The notes below the pieces were generated by a model that saw only the letters and a list, made by a program, of their open reading frames with translations, was not told the origin of the DNA and did not search any database. From Octopus sinensis (lineage: Eukaryota), in the NCBI RefSeq assembly GCF_006345805.1, contig NC_043007.1, positions 65,472,001 to 65,536,000 on the forward strand: a stretch of DNA of 64,000 nucleotides, given 5' to 3'. Shown piece after piece: positions 13,258 through 26,505 of the stretch. Position 1 is the first letter of the stretch. Every line of letters begins with the position of its first letter. The position numbers and the translations under genes are program-made.

Positions 13258-13899
13258 GGAGAGAGAGAGAGAGAGAGGACGCATTGAAGCTCCAGTTTGG
13301 TCTTGGCTAAGCTGGCTAAAATATGCTAAATAACATGTACACTCGGCCATAAGCACGCAGACAGAAGCACACAAATAATCACTCGCATACACGCACAGAT
13401 TTACATTCATAGATATTCGAACAGTGAAAACAGTGAAACATCAACAGAGAAAAGAAAGAACACAAAGGTAAACATACAAATATATATAGAGACAGAGAGA
13501 GCAGCACATAACGCGTACACACTGATAAAACACTTACATAAACGAACACACAATTGCATACACATGCACGCACACATATGTCCAAACATAGACAATCACA
13601 CACAGACATAATAGAAGCACAAAAGGAAAAGAATAAAAAAAACACCTACAATAATAAAAAAAAACAGCACACAAAAAAAAAGCATACGTATGCTCTCATA
13701 TAGACACAGACACACATACGTACACAGATAATTACATTATCACATACACACGCACATACACGCAAACATCTTTTCTATTGGCTTTGTGGAGAACAGAAGT
13801 GACCTTACTGTTCTGTTGCCAGAATTGATACGCGTTTGGGTCCAGAGCCAAAAGCTGTAGGCCTACGGCAAAATTGATTAATTTGTGCCAACAACTATG

Positions 13900-16128
13900 G
13901 AAACACAACACAACATTAACACAAACATCATAACACAGCCTAATACAACACCTCACAACATAACACAGCGTAATACAAAATAACATAACATAACATAGCA
14001 TAACATCACAGAGAATAATACAATAATGAAATAATGACACAGTCTGTGTGTGTGTGTGTGTGTATAAGAGAGAGCAACGACCTTATACAATAGAACGTTA
14101 CATCAACATAATACAACACAACTCATAATAATGTGAAATGTGACGGCGACTCAGCACAATATGATATAGCATAACTCCACTTAAGACAACTTAATCAGTA
14201 ACGGAAATGAAGGATTCAGAGACCGAATGTGTTGTGTTATTCGGCAAAGCGTCTAATCCCTGCTTCCTGACTTCAGCTTCATGGATCTTACAATACTGCT
14301 AGTTCCTAAACCCCATTTCTGTCATTGAATGTAACACAATTCTATACTTCAACACAACACTATGTAAACAGAACACAATGTAAAACCATATAACACATTA
14401 TAACGACAGCTCACAACATAACAACTCAAGACTACGAAGGAAAAAAAAATAGTCAGCTGCTACCCGCGGACGAATATGGTGTGGTGGCTTGTACCGTGCT
14501 TTCGCTAATTGTTTTAGGTACTTATATAGTTGTAAGCAGACACAAACACTCTCGTGGCTCCTTCTCACTTTTGACTCTGCTGGGCACCAGAATATGTTAA
14601 ATGGTGGGAGACAGAGCTGCATCAATATTCGGCTGGTACTCGTTTTTAGTTAAGTAATCTTGAGTAACGTGAAATAATATGCCTGTGTCTTGCTTAAGAG
14701 ACACAACGCGAAACGCGTCCTAAGAACTGAACTCACGATAAATCTATGACCATAAGCCGAACACTCTAGCTACTTGTACACGCGCCTTCACAACGCAACA
14801 ACAGCGCATTGGAGGTGCAATGGCCCAGTGGTTAGGGCAGCGGACTCGCAGTCGCATTGTGAATGTTTATTGAGCAAAAACACCTCAGCTCTACGAGGCT
14901 CCGGCGTGGGGTAGTGGTGAACCCCGCTGTACTCTTTCGCCACAACTTTCTCTCACTCTCTCTTCCTACTTCTGCCACAAAGCAGAGGAACCATGGTGTA
15001 ATCCACTATGGTGTGGTAAACTTTCAGACCCTAGTCTAGATTGTGAATCCTCTGTACCCCAGGATGGTTCAGCTCTCCACCCGTTAAGCCACCGTTTACG
15101 GAATGAGGATAACAACATAGCTTTCGCGCCCGTGCAACCGCCAGTCTATCGCGTGTGGTGGGTGGATCTTCACGTTGCCGCACGCATTCTTAGTAGCTTA
15201 GAGTAGGCTCGAATTAGAGATTATTCTTTGTGGCTAATGGCGTGAGGCCTGATTGGAAGAAGAACAACAACAGCGCAGTACAGCATAATGCAGTCTAACA
15301 CATTGCAGCAAACATATAAACAGACATGGCACAACACACAACAGAAAAAATGCAAATCAACACTGCATTATACAACACAACGCAACTTAGCATAAGAGAA
15401 CAATACACAACCAACTGAAATATCCATCCGTCCGTCAGTTCATCCATCCCTCCTCCTTTTATGCTCTCTATTCCTGAGAAGGGCGTGGAGGTAGACTCCT
15501 CAAGGACCTCTTCCCTAGGGTCATATCAGAAGCAACTGTCATTAGACGTTATACTAGATTCCCAGGCACGACCAACTGAGACTGTGGATATTATCTAACC
15601 ATCTTATTCTTGGCCTGCCATTAATTCTCCTGCCAGTTGACTTAGCTTGAAGAATCCATCTTGCGATTCTTTCTTGCAACTTGTATTCAAATGTCTGTAG
15701 TAACGGAGCTCAATACGAAGAAGTAGCGGCTCAACTTGGAGAGACTCCCTCATCTCCGAGCTTCGCACTCTATCGGGTAACATTATTCTAAAGACAATTC
15801 GGGGGAACCCCATTTCGGCCACTTGTATACGTGATCGTAATTTTTCGGCCATTACCCAATTTTTATGACCATTTAATACAATGTAAAAATAACACAACGC
15901 TGGACAACACAGAATAACAAAACATAAAAGAACATAGCAAATTACAGGCAAAACGAAATAATTCTACAAGTCACAGCACAACATAACAAATTAACAAGTA
16001 TAATACAAGACAACAAAATATAACACATCACACAATACATAACACAACAGGACACATACACACAAACCCAGTTATACACATATCGTAGTGTCTATATGTA
16101 TTTATTTATATATGTGTGTATGTAAGTC

Positions 16129-16163
<35 letters not shown>

Positions 16164-16464
16164 ATATGTATATACACATATATATATATGTGTGTGTATG
16201 TATGTATGTATGTATGTATGTATGTATGTATGTATGTATGTATGTATGTATGTATATGTATATATATATATGCTTTTCCACTGGCTAAAACAGGCCAATC
16301 AGCTAGGCTCAGCAGTTTCTTAGTAAGTTATCCCCTGAGAGTCTACCGCTGGTTATATATGGAATCTCATTTTCAAGAATTAATCAGAGATACTGGCTAC
16401 TCTGCTCGGTGTTGGTTTTATCAACAGTTGTTAGTTTATCATGTATACTAATTCTCTCCCTCCC

Positions 16465-16523
<59 letters not shown>

Positions 16524-19500
16524 TCCTCTGTCTCTCTCTATCTATTTACCCATTTGTCTCGGCCAACCTTAAAGCCAATTAGCGCATACATGCGCTCGTG
16601 CACACTCTTTCTCTCTATATCTTTTCTTTCTCACCAGTTTAATCTCTGTAGGGCTACACAAAGGAAAGAAATTAGAAACATTCACAAGTAATTTGACATT
16701 GAGAATTTATCCTATTTTCTTTACATCTCTCACAACTCGTTTCCAAACAAAGAAAAAAAAACAACATTCTGCCTTAGTTTTTTTTGTTTTTTTTTTATCC
16801 TGTTGTTGCGCTCGATGAACTCAATTTTGACAATGAATACAGGTTGAATTTACAATTTCCACGTTTCATCTATTGGATAATTTTTGTTTAAAATGGAACA
16901 CAATCTTAGTAAAACACAACCAACCAGGCACAAAACAACTCACACAACATTACATGACACTGTTAAAACATAGCACAAAATAACGTCGCATAGCATTACA
17001 GCACAACGCTATATGCTACTACAACTTAATACAATAAACACAGTGTAATACAACACAATATATTACAACATAACAACATGTAGCACTACATCAAACAACG
17101 CAACACAACACAACACGCAAAATGCAAAAAAAAAAAACGAAAAGAAAAAAAATTCAACAGAGCACAACACAAAGGTGTAATATAACACAACGTAGTACAA
17201 CATAACACATGCAACGTAACACAGTACAACAAAAGAAAAATCGCACAACACGAGTACAACGCAGCAAAGCAAACTCAGTAACACAACACAACGCAACACG
17301 AGAACTTAACATAACTGAATGTAATATAAAATACAATATGTATATCATAAAAGAACACAACATCAGATAATAGAACACAACACATCATAGCACAACGTAA
17401 AGCAATACGAATAGCATGTGACATCAGAGTATAACATAACAATACAAGACAGCATAACAATGCAAGATAACATAACAATGAAAGACGGCATAGCACAACA
17501 TGATAGTTGGTCTTTGTATTTGGTTTACAAAATCCTTAATGGGAACTCGTATAATAAAAAAGACATCTTTGTATCTCGGGAGGGTCATTACGTCAATACT
17601 AAACACATGCCTCAGTTCAGTTTAGCTTCTATATTATTATTCATCAGTTGTTAGCTTACTCAGCCAACTAACCTATTAATCAGTTGGTTAATCAATCAAT
17701 CAGTTGTGTTTGACATATGTTGGTGGATGAATTCCATAGAGTTGTTTCTTCTCGTGATGTGAGGGCGTGTTTCTACGTTCACGTATTTAACACCCTAGTT
17801 CACATCAAGAATCTTGGGGGAAAATTAGAAAACGAAATATTCTAAGCTATAACCAAGGTACCATGACGCTGAGAAACATTGTGTTCTGCTGTCTCAAGAT
17901 CGGAATAATCAGCCGACAGCTTCACTTCATATATAAAAAGAAAAATGCATCAAGTCTTGGTTGTATACCAAATCCATCAATTCGGTGGTAAGACGGTTCA
18001 AACTCACGAAATACCGAGTTGGAAAATTAAAACGCACAATATTGTTAAAATATCGAACAGAAAATTCAACGGAAATCAGTCAGTATCAAAAGAGAAAGAG
18101 GATTCTCTTATATGAATTTAGAAACACCCTAAGGGAAGAAGACTCATGGACGTCATCCGATATGAAACAACACAACACTGAAACAAATCGGTGGACCGCA
18201 GCTATAGTGGGGTACCGCCTTGAAGTCAAACGAATCAACTGCAGTATTTATTTTGTAAGCCTGGTCCTTATTCTATCGGTCTTTTATGTCGAACTGCTAA
18301 GTTACGGAGTGGGGGCATACAGATATCAGCAGCAGTTATCCTGTTGTCAAACGATGGCAGGACACAACACACACGCGCTCCCGAGCAATCCACTCTCAAT
18401 ACTATAGTAGAAGACATTTGCTCAAGGTGCTACGCGGTGGGACTGAACCCAGAACTATATGATTGGGAAGCAAGCTTCTTACCACACAGCCAAGCCGGCG
18501 CCTATCACAACATAACACAGCAGATTATAATATAATCCAATATAAGGAATGTAACACTGTTTGACACAACAGACCATGCCACGAAAAGAAAAGCACGTAA
18601 AATACCACCACACAAGATAATGTGATGAAACATCGCACAGCACAATACAATGTAGCATTCTCACAACGTAACACAATATAACAATAAAAAAAACATAATA
18701 TGACGAAAGGTAACACAACAGAGTATGGCACAATATAACATAAAAGATCGCAGTGTTACACAATACATATAACTGGCACTAACTGGCACTCCGTCGGTTG
18801 CGACGGCGAGGATTCCAGTTGATCCGATCAACGGAATAGTCTGCTCGTGAAATTAACATTCATGTGGTTGAGCACTCCACAGACACATGTATTCTTAACT
18901 TAGTTCTCAGAGAGATTCAGTATGTTACAGAATGTGACGAGGCCAGCCCTGTGAAATTACAGGTACAACTCATTTTTGCGAGCTGAGTAGACTGAAGCAA
19001 CGTGAACTAAAGTGTTTTGCCCAAGGACACAACGCGTCACCGGGAATCGAACGCACGACCTTACGAGCGTAAACTGAATACCCTAGCCACTAAGGCACGC
19101 TCCTTCACATTCTATATACTGTACAGTAAAGGACAGAGGTGCAAATCTTAACAACTTCAACAAGATAGCTTATTCCAACTAAAATGGTACGAAAGCTCAG
19201 CAATATAGGGAGCAAGGGAGGTCACTCCAGGACAAGATGGGTGAGAAACATAATAGGTCGTGTAGTGTTATGTCTTATCGCATGATTCGGCCGCAGGACA
19301 TTTTCAAATTATGTCAGCAAACAAATTTATTCAGTGATATTCATGATAATAAGTCTACAGATTTCATGTGTTGAAGTTGATTGTAATTTTTTTTCTGCTC
19401 TTTGAAGCTCTTGTAAGAGTGGTGACTGGTAGAATTTATAGAATAAAATTGTTAAAGTGGATGGACATTGTAAGGCTTGAAAAAGAGGGAGCAGCTTGTA

Positions 19501-19860
19501 AGGATAAGGAAAGGTAGGGTGGAGGAGGAGGAGCATATATTGTAGGTGGTGGGAGAAGAGGGATCACATTGTAAGGGTGGGTAAAAAAGATGCTCATTGT
19601 AAGGGCAGGGATAAGAGGATGCAGATTGTAGGGGCGAGAAAAAGTGTGCATTTTGTAGGACTGGCCCAGCTCGCCGAATATCTTGGCACCTGTCCTGACA
19701 CCGCATCATTACGCAACACAACATAACAGCAACGTTACAGAAACTACAGCGCAGCACACATAAAATAATATACGGCAAAATAACGTACAATATATCAGAA
19801 TATAGCTCAAGACAACCTACGACAACAGAACAACATATATCGTATCACAACAGTACATAG
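13900..19860. repeat. Cluster of degenerate pentamer (ACAAC/ATAAC/ACAGC) satellite blocks
   Basis: Blocks at about 13900-14180, 15270-15420, 15870-16080, 16900-17500, 18500-18780 and 19700-19860; all A/C-rich on the + strand. Confidence 0.85.
15600..15870 (-). mobile_element. RTE-clade LINE 3' fragment (RT C-terminal region)
   Basis: Minus-strand translation RSRIQVAEMGFPRIVFRIMLPDRVRSSEMRESLQVEPLLLRIE matches the RTE pattern RIQAAEM.FLR...L.DRVRSS.IRE.L.VEPLLLRIE. Confidence 0.8.
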
Positions 19861-20709
19861 CTGATCTTTCAGCGAAATAAATTGAATCTGCATAGCTAAA
19901 CGCCTTTTTTACGTATTTACTGGGTTATCTACCCTACATTTTCAGGGTAGATAACTCAGTTAAATTGGATCACACAAGGAAACCAATAAAACAGTTTATG
20001 AGAAAAATATTTAAATGTACTTTTGCCTTAAATTTTATAGCAACGAAACTATTAATATCTAATGTTTATTAAATCTTACGGTGGCATACATCGATGACAC
20101 AAAGTAAAATACAAAAAATACCAGCGCTTACTTTGGTTCGTGAATCTTCTTTTGTCATTCTTCTGTTTCGTAGTCTAAAATCACACATAGACTCGCTATC
20201 TCTCCCTTTCTTTCTCTATCACATACTCATACAAGCACACACGCACACACACACACCACACACACACACACGCACAAACACACACACATACACACACACC
20301 CGCGTGCTGGTAGATAAAAAGATTGGGTTGATGGACAATCTCGCATTGTGTATTTACCATTTTTTACATTATTTCATACTATGACTGTGTCAACATACGT
20401 GTGTGCGCGGTCACGTGTATACTTTTGTGTATGTATAATCTTGGCATATATATGATTACAAGAGCATCTAATTTTCAGTTTGTAAGGGAATTAAAATATT
20501 TACGAATTTAGTCAATTTACTTCCCTTGAATACTTTGTCTTTTAAGAGTAGTTTCCCTTTGTCACGGTTAATTTCTGTGCGAGTCAATGAAGTTACTTGA
20601 TTGTTAGAAATAACCAAAATCACACTGATAGGTTTTAAAGCAGATACCAAAGGCTAGTAAAGTCCGGAATATACTATACCTGAAAATATATTATGGAACA
20701 CCTTTGATC

Positions 20710-21463
20710 GTAAAGCGTGACCAAGGCATCACTGTCAGCAGTGATTTGCGTTGGACAAAGCATATCTCTAAAATTGTCAAGAAGGCCGAGGGTGTCTTGG
20801 CATCACTCAGCAAAACTTTTGTTAGCCGCTCTCCAGCCATCTATTTAAAGCTGTATACAGCTATGGTACGACCACACTTGGAATTCGCATCATCAGTTTG
20901 GAACCCCTATCTTGCTCAGAACATTGACCTCCTGGAATCTGTTCAGAGACGTGCAACCAAACGCATACCCTCCATCAGACACCTACCATACTCTGAGCGC
21001 CTTGTTTCCCTGGGCATGGATTCACTGAAGCTCCGGCGTCTGGCGATGGACTTGGTAAACACCCACAAAGTTATCAACCACCTCACCCACAAAGTTATCA
21101 ACCACCTCACCAACAATAACACTGAACACCTCCATGTGTCCAACACACGTGGACATGCCTACAAAGTCAGAAAACAGCACAGCTCCCATGACTTTCGGAA
21201 ACATTTTTTCACGCTCAGAGTTGCTGAAGCATGGAACAAACTGCCTGCGTCAGTTGTTGACTGCCATGACACTGCATCCTTTAAGGCCCTCATGCTTTCC
21301 AAAATCCGCCGAAACTACACCTGATTGTCCCCCTTCCATACTCATACACATATGTGTATGTCATGACTCACGCACTGTTCTTTTCCTGACGCTTGTACAT
21401 TACCCTATGTACTATACATACACTTTAGATGAGTTGTAGTGCACCTGAGCACTGTACACAATG

Positions 21464-21499
<36 letters not shown>

Positions 21500-21500
21500 G
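20710..21500 (+). mobile_element. 5'-truncated CR1/L2-group LINE: RT C-terminus, 3' UTR and (ATT)n tail
   Basis: ORF 20704..21324 contains LYTAMVRPHLEFASSVWNPY...LESVQRRATK...LPYSERL..L..DSLKLRR and NTRGH..K...FFTLRV...WNKLP; in-frame 24-bp duplication at 21060-21107. Confidence 0.92.
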
Positions 21501-21830
21501 TTGCTCACCAACATCAATCTTAACGTAGTTGTAAGCCGAAGTAATATCAATCGAAAATTTCTAATAATAATGAACTTATTACATACAGTGCTCAGGCGCA
21601 CTACAACCTGTTGGGAAAGTGAAAAGGCTGGGACAGAAAGTAGGAAGTAAAGAAAGAGCGTAATGATACGTAAATGGGCAAAGTAAACAATAAAAGAGCC
21701 AATAAAACGAAAAGGGTGCATGTGTATGCCAAGAGTATTGTTTGCGAGTTTCGAGGTGAATAGAATTTTTGAAGGACGCAGTGTTCTGAAGGCTAACCAT
21801 TCGACAATTCTGAACACGAGGAAATATATA

Positions 21831-22210
21831 GGCCTGGCTGTGTGGTAAGAAGCTTGCTTCCCAATCACATTGTTCCAGGGTCTCTCCTACTGCGTAGCAC
21901 CTTGGGCAAGTGTCTTCTGCTGTAGCTTTGGGCCGACCAGAGCCTCGCGAGTGGATTTGGTTGACGTGTGTGTGCGGGGGGGGGGGGGGGCGTGTGCGCA
22001 TGTCTTTATGTCTGTGTTTGTCCCCCACTACCGCTTGACAACTGTTGTTGGTATGTTTACGTCCCAGTGATTTAGCGATTCATCAAAAAAGATCGATAGA
22101 ATAAGTACCAGGCTTTCAAATGAGTACTGGGGTCGATTCACTAAATATTCTTCAAGGTGGTGCCCCAGCATGGCCACAGTCTAATGATTGAAACAAGTCG
22201 AAGATTAAAA
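21831..22210 (+). mobile_element. tRNA-derived CORE-like SINE (octopus OK/OR-type family)
   Basis: TGGCTGTGTGGTAAGAAGCTTGC head, CACCTTGGGCAAGTGTCTT core, GAAACAAGT tail. Further copies at 18230-18505 (-), 25545-25740 (-), 28526-28880 (+), 28985-29365 (-), 33190-33485 (+), 33770-34135 (-), 37363-37765 (+), 38580-38985 (+), 41478-41790 (-), 42070-42280 (+), 44110-44290 (-) and 59462-59630 (+). Confidence 0.85.
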
Positions 22211-23846
22211 TATAAATAAATAACTCAGTTATTTCTCATAACTATTTCGGGTATTTTGCAGTATTGATTTCCAGTCAAATTGATCGAAGCCAATAAAAAT
22301 CACAAAACTGAACAAGCGTCCAGACAAGATGGAAATAATGTCATTCAAAGAAGAGGTAATTCTGTGGTGTTTGCAAGGAGGCTATAAAATATGATAGAAG
22401 CATGATCAGAATTAATAAAAGTGTGGATGGCGATTACTATGTAGAGAAATATAACAAACTCCATCTTCTGACCTTCTGCTAAGAGTCTCCCCGTTTGAAT
22501 TTATGGTCTGAATTTGAATCCAACAAAGATGAACTTCTTTTTTAATCATCTTTTTGGAGTTGATAAAATGAAATGCCAGAGAAAGACTGTGGTTCATTAA
22601 TACCACCAACACCACCACCAACAACAACAACAACAGCTGCTGCTGCTATTACTACTACTACTACTACTACTAGAAAATGTGTGGCCTTGTAACAATGTTA
22701 GACATTTATTGTTCTAATTTCAGAGATCAGCTTTGCTTTTCATTGTTGTGGAGTTGGTAAAATGAAGTATCAAGGACTATGGTTGATGTATTTACTCCCC
22801 TACAAAGTATGTTATTCTGAGACAATGTGATAAAGATAAAACTACTTTTGCTTTTGACCAGACTGTCAGCTGTGCCTATACAGCTCTAGTTACACTGCAT
22901 TTCTATTTTCATTTGATTTTGCCTTCTCTTCTATTGAAGCCTGAATTGTTTGACTGTGTCTTCTTCTTATCATTTCAGACATCCTCTAAGTTGTTTCTTT
23001 GGGTCTTTCAGATGCCACTCAACAACTGTGCAGATCCACCTGTTATCTATAAACCTTGCAACATGTCTCGCCCAATGAATCTTGTATTTTCTGTATTCTG
23101 CTGTTACATCATTCACTCCATTCTGTTTTTAAATACTCTCATTTCAGATATACCCACAATGATTTTTCTAGCATGGATCTTGTCCTGGCCCTTTGCGTCA
23201 TACCTAGTCACTATTCCTTCTTTTTCACAGTAGCTTTCATCTAACTTGCATATAAGAATATAAGTAGGGCTGTATTATTAAAAGTGAATGATCCACAGGG
23301 TTTTGTTCAGCTGTGCTTTGAACACATGTTTTGATTGAAGGAAGCAAACATCTATTCTGCTTTTACTCTGAACAAGATTTCAGCATTCATGTCTCAGCTT
23401 GAATGCTGTCAAGAACTTGCTGCCTTGGGAGCACTTCTACCTAGATGAGCTTGTTTTTAGAGAAGAAATTTCAAGTGTAGTTGCAAGGTCTGGAATCAAA
23501 GGGCTTTAGAGTTAATTTAACAATGACCAAAGTTAGTAGGAAAACAGACAACATTACTGATCCCTTCCAGTAAATAGCCCTGCTTGATATGTAGAAAAGG
23601 TGTTGGTATAAACTCCATAGTTTATACAAGTTAGTGACACACACACACACAAAACAAAAATATGCATATAGAGAAAATCACAGCTTTAATTGTAGAATTC
23701 ACCTTACAAAGGTGACAATTGTTTTTGCTGAATCAGTATATTAAAATATTGAAATTAATTTTTCTAAAAATGCATGTTAATACGTTTTCATGGTGATCCA
23801 GAAATTAGTTAAATTCAAAGTGAACTGTATGTGGTGTGTATGTGTG

Positions 23847-23889
<43 letters not shown>

Positions 23890-23898
23890 GTATATATA

Positions 23899-25154
23899 TT
23901 GGGTCATCCCATAAATAATGTGTTTTTTTTATACTTCTCATATTTTTCAAAATTAAGATACACTAAGTTCTTTTTTAATCTAAAATATACTCTTCCATCT
24001 CTCTGGTAGACTTACTAGGTCCCTCTTCCAAAATCACTTGTCTATGATGAAAAATACTCCTTCAGTACTGTTCTGACCTCATCTACAAAATTCATATTTT
24101 TTATGTCCAAATGATTTTGTAGACTTTGGAATAAATGATAATCAGATGGGGCAATGTCTAGAAAATATGGTGGGTGGGGCATCATTCCCCATTCAAACTG
24201 CTCTAGCCTTTGGAATGTCATCTCTACTGTATGTGGCTGAGCATTATACTGATGGAAGACCTTTCATCTTGAAACCAAAGATAGCTATTTTTTTTCAAGT
24301 GCTGACTTAAGCCACTCAAGCTGCTCGAAGTAGATTGCCTTTGTTATTACTTGGTTTGAGTTTAAAAGTTCAAAGTGGACTAAACTTTCATATCCCACCA
24401 AACATATAACAACTGATGTGGGTGAAGACCTTCTTTAGCCTGGGGTGCTGGTGTTTCTTCTTTCCCAAATCACTGCCTTCAGTGCTTGACATTTTTATAG
24501 AGAACCTCTTTCTCGACAACAGTCACTATTCAGTCCAAAAAAAGGTTCTTTCGTGAGATGTGACTGCAAAGAAGAGCATACATTCACATTCTGTGCGCGA
24601 TTAGATATTGTAAGTTTGTGAGGAATCCATTGACACAATTTGCTACTTTTTTGATGGCATACAGGTGATGACGAATGATGAAATGACTAAATCCAAGCTT
24701 CACTGTAGTTCCTCAACAGTTACAATGGGATTTTGTTTGATCAGGGTTTGAAGGATGCCCTCGTTGAGCTCTACAGATCTTCCAGGACAAGGCCCGTCTA
24801 CTAGGCTGTAGTTTCTGGCTCGGAATTTCTGGAGCCACTGTTGACACTGGCTTATGCTTATTGCCTGATCTCCATAAACTGCATTAATATTCCTTGCACT
24901 TTCTGTTGTGTTGTTGCCTTTATTGAACTCATAAAGCAAAATATGCCAAATATGCTTCTTTGTACTTCCATTATAACTTTGGAAAAATAACTGTTAAAAT
25001 CGAACTGCATTCTTTAAAACTTGCATTAAGAATAATGACAAGGTAAAATTATTTCCTACTTTTATAGCAAGTTTACGCAGGTAGTTTACCCTGTTACTCT
25101 CTTACTTTTAGTTCATGCAATTGAAAAAGCTGCATTATTTATGGGACAACCCAA
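23899..25154 (-). mobile_element. Full-length decayed mariner (DD34D-type) transposon
   Basis: 22-bp TIRs TTGGGT(CA/TG)TCCCATAAATAATG and TA target-site duplication at both ends. Transposase pseudogene 24971->23975 (MEVQKKHIWHILLYEFNKGNNTTESARNINAVYG...EYILD*) with stops and frameshifts. Confidence 0.93.
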
Positions 25155-26059
25155 TATTTATGTGTGAGTGTGTGTATGTTTGTGTTTCCTTTTCTTGACA
25201 TTGCATGATTGTTGCAAATGAATTTCAATAATTTCCAATATTCCATGAAAACATGTCTCACTACCGAGAAATATTACCATTCTTAATTGTTGGCAACAGG
25301 AGGAGCTTTGTTATAAAGAGATAACATTGGTTTCATATTTTGACACAAAGCCCATAATCTTGGGGAAGCAGGTGAGTTGATTAGACCAACCCTCAGTGCT
25401 CAACTGGTCCTTATTGTATTCACCCTAAAAAGATGAAAGGCAGTGGGATTTGAACTCAGAACATAAGGATGGATGAAATGCTGCTTAGCATTTTGCCTGG
25501 CATGCTAACGATGCTGCTAGCTTGTTGCCTTATTTATCTTTTGCTTGTTTCAATCATTAGACTGTTAGAGTGTGATTATGCTGTGGCATGGAGTATTTTT
25601 TGTTGAATAAAGTGACCCCATTACTTATTTATCTTAAGCCAGGTATTTATTCTATTGATTCCTTTTGCCAAACCACTAAGCTGGAGAGATGGGAACACAC
25701 CAACAGTGGTGTCAAGCAGTGGTCAACACACACAGATATATTAATATATATAAATAAATATAGGGATGGTATTATTAAAATACCATCACAAGTGGGAAGC
25801 GAATTATCAGCCGTACAGGCAAATTAATATAATATATACATACAATATTAGATATGTACATATATACACAGGTTGACCAGCATTTACTTGTTCTGACCCA
25901 TTTGAGGTAAGACATTATTATTGTTCACTGATATTTTTTCCTATCTCGTCTGTAATGGATTTGTGACTATTCGGTAGTACAGAAGTATTTTTTCGACTTC
26001 CATCATTAGCAATATAGGTACTCATGTAGTACCCTTGTGTATATATATCAAAATCGGAA

Positions 26060-26505
26060 TCGAAATTGAACCAATCCTATGACTGGCACCCGGCAGATGC
26101 CAGGACCTCTGGACTGGTGGTACGTAAAAAGCACTATCCGAATCGTGGCTGATGCCAGCGCCGCCTCGACTGGCTTCTGTGCCGGTGGCACGTAAAAAGC
26201 ACCATCCGAATCGTGGCCGAAGCCAGTGCCGCCTCGACTGGCTTCCGTGCCAGTGGCACATAAAATGCACCAATCCGACCGTGGCCGATGCCAGCCTCGC
26301 CTGGCACCTGTGCAGGTGGCACGTAAAAAGCACCCACTACACTCACGGAGTGGTTGGCATTAGGAAGGGCATCCAGCTGTAGAAACATTGCCAGATAAGA
26401 CTGGAGCCTGGTGCAGCCTTCTGGCTTCCCAGATCCCCAGTCGAACCGTCCAACCCATGCTAGCATGGAGAACGGACGTTAAACGATGACGATGATGATG
26501 ATGAC
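26060..26505 (+). mobile_element. Non-autonomous retroelement with internal ~60-bp minisatellite and (GAT)n tail
   Basis: 3' end GGCATTAGGAAGGGCATCCAGCTGTAGAAAC...CATGCTAGCATGGA...GGACGTTAAACGATGA. Family copies at 46395-46930 (+), 48170-48530 (+), 58365-58695 (-), 44830-45110 (-), 49205-49400 (-), 55680-55880 (-) and 62140-62480 (-). Confidence 0.8.

Larger units (their letters stand above)
3490..17924 (-). other. Possible unannotated multi-exon gene (splice-bounded unique islands)
   Basis: AG/GT-bounded islands on the minus strand at 17862-17924, 13809-13862, 12987-13075, 9367-9522, 5612-5693, 4401-4446 and 3490-3559. A phase-consistent open chain exists, but I recognise no homology. Confidence 0.25.

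Noticed and set aside
14450-14600. Plus-strand TM-like stretch (YGVVACTVLSLIVLGTYIVVSRHKH)
   Set aside because: There is no polypyrimidine acceptor, no start context and no partner exons, and it is embedded in pentamer satellite.
17961-18407. 148-aa plus-strand ORF
   Set aside because: It starts at a non-ATG codon, its 3' half is antisense SINE sequence, and it has no recognisable domain.
20704-21324. Host protein-coding gene
   Set aside because: It is the RT C-terminus of a 5'-truncated CR1-type LINE, without the catalytic RT core or endonuclease.
22330-22490. Protein-like frameshifted fragment (MEIMSFKEEVILWCLQGGY / YDRSMIRINKSVDGDYYVEKY)
   Set aside because: It is short and interrupted, and I cannot assign any family; there is not enough support to call a pseudogene.
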